Source: Raja brachyura
Lineage: Eukaryota
NCBI GenBank assembly: GCA_963514005.1
Contig: OY740789.1
Coordinates: 49,476,001 to 49,540,000, forward strand
Direction of reading: 5' to 3'
Length of the DNA stretch: 64,000 bases
The notes beneath the pieces were generated by a model. That model was not told the DNA's origin. It ran no database searches and saw only the letters and a list, made by a program, of their open reading frames with translations. Positions 63,091 to 64,000 of the stretch are shown here, piece by piece. Position 1 is the stretch's first letter; each line of letters opens with the position of its first letter. A program made the position numbers and the translations under genes.

Positions 63091-63310
63091 TGCAAGAGCA
63101 AGGAGCTTCAGATGCTGGTTTACAAAAGAAGACACAAAGTGCTGGAGTAACTCAATGGGTCAGGCAGAATCTCTGGAGAACATGGATAGGTGAAGTTTGT
63201 GGTCGAGTTCTTGTGTCTGAAGAAGGGTTTCGACCCGAAACGTCACCTATGTATGTTCTCCAGAGATGCTGCCTGATTCATTGAGTTACCCCAGTACTTT
63301 GGGTCTTCTT
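63091..63310. mobile_element. Fold-back mini-Penelope unit with 14-bp TSD and intact hammerhead core (63215-63246, plus)
   Basis: TSD taata(c/t)tggacaaa at 63077-63090 and 63311-63324; CUGAAGA-A-GGGU(UUCG)ACCC-GAAACGUC. Confidence 0.85.
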
Positions 63311-63476
63311 TAATATTGGACAAAGTCTGTTTTAAGTTGATCATGCATTTACCCGTGTGTTTGTGCAATATCTCACATTATGATATTTTAAAACATCTGA
63401 ATTTGAATGTCTTTTCTGAAAATTCAAATTATTTCCCACCAGAAAAGAATTAAAACAAATATTTTGGATACTTCAT

Positions 63477-63725
63477 GGGGCGGCACAGCGGTGGAGTTGC
63501 TGTCATACAGCGCCAGAGACCCGGGTTCAATCGTGACTACAGGTGCTGTCTGTACAGAGTTTGTACATTCTCCCTGTGACCATGTGGGTTTTCTCCGTGT
63601 GCTCCGGTTTCCTCCCACATTCCAAAGATGTACACGTTTGTAAGTTAATTGGCTTCTGGAATTTGTAAATTGTCCCGAGTGTATAGGATTGTGCTAGTGT
63701 ACAGAGTAATCGCTGGTTGGCGGGT
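63477..63725 (+). mobile_element. V-SINE
   Basis: Head with B box ggttcaatcg and V-domain. Confidence 0.85.
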
Positions 63726-63731
63726 TGTGGG

Positions 63732-63970
63732 GCAAATGTTTTTACACAGAGAGTGGTGGAGGCCTGGAACACATTGCATGGGGTGGTGCTAGAGGCAGAT
63801 ATAATATGGAGTCAGAGGCTTTTAGATAGACACGTGGAAGTGCAGGGAATAGAGGGATGTTGATCATGTGCAGGCAGACAAGATCAATTTAATTAGGCAT
63901 TGTGTTTACTCTGGGCTGAAGGGCCCGTTCCTGTGCTGTATTGTTCAACTACAGTTCTACTGTTCTAAAC
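63732..63970 (+). mobile_element. CR1 LINE 3' end
   Basis: tttttacacagagagtggtg...gggctgaagggcccgttcctgtgctgta. Confidence 0.8.
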
Positions 63971-64000
63971 AATCATGACTCTTGGCTCTTCACCACCCTC

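Overview
Repeat-rich eukaryotic DNA, most likely from a cartilaginous fish (skate/ray); this is inferred from the HE1-like V-SINE, CR1 and Penelope repertoire. It appears intronic or intergenic, and no host protein-coding gene could be recognised. Contents: a two-LTR decayed CsRn1-clade Gypsy retrotransposon (19804-23895, minus); a 5'-truncated Rex1/Babar LINE (1867-3750); a CR1 RT fragment (34487-35582) plus many CR1 3' ends; more than 20 V-SINEs; a deleted CGGBP1-related hAT transposon with an 8-bp TSD (42441-44019); PIF/Harbinger-type MITEs; and many Penelope-like (PLE) 3' fragments. The most interesting signals are RNA-structural. (1) A dense family of ~130-250 bp PLE-derived units carries a minimal hammerhead-ribozyme core, often forms a fold-back, and has its own 9-16 bp TSDs. 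(2) A 137-bp retroposon with a 12-bp TSD starts with a decayed HDV-like ribozyme fold. (3) Three divergent GC-rich non-coding elements share hairpins, one with compensatory changes. AT-rich unique islands look like conserved enhancers, and a few weak minus-strand exon candidates exist. All calls were made by eye; boundaries are approximate unless a TSD or TIR is quoted.
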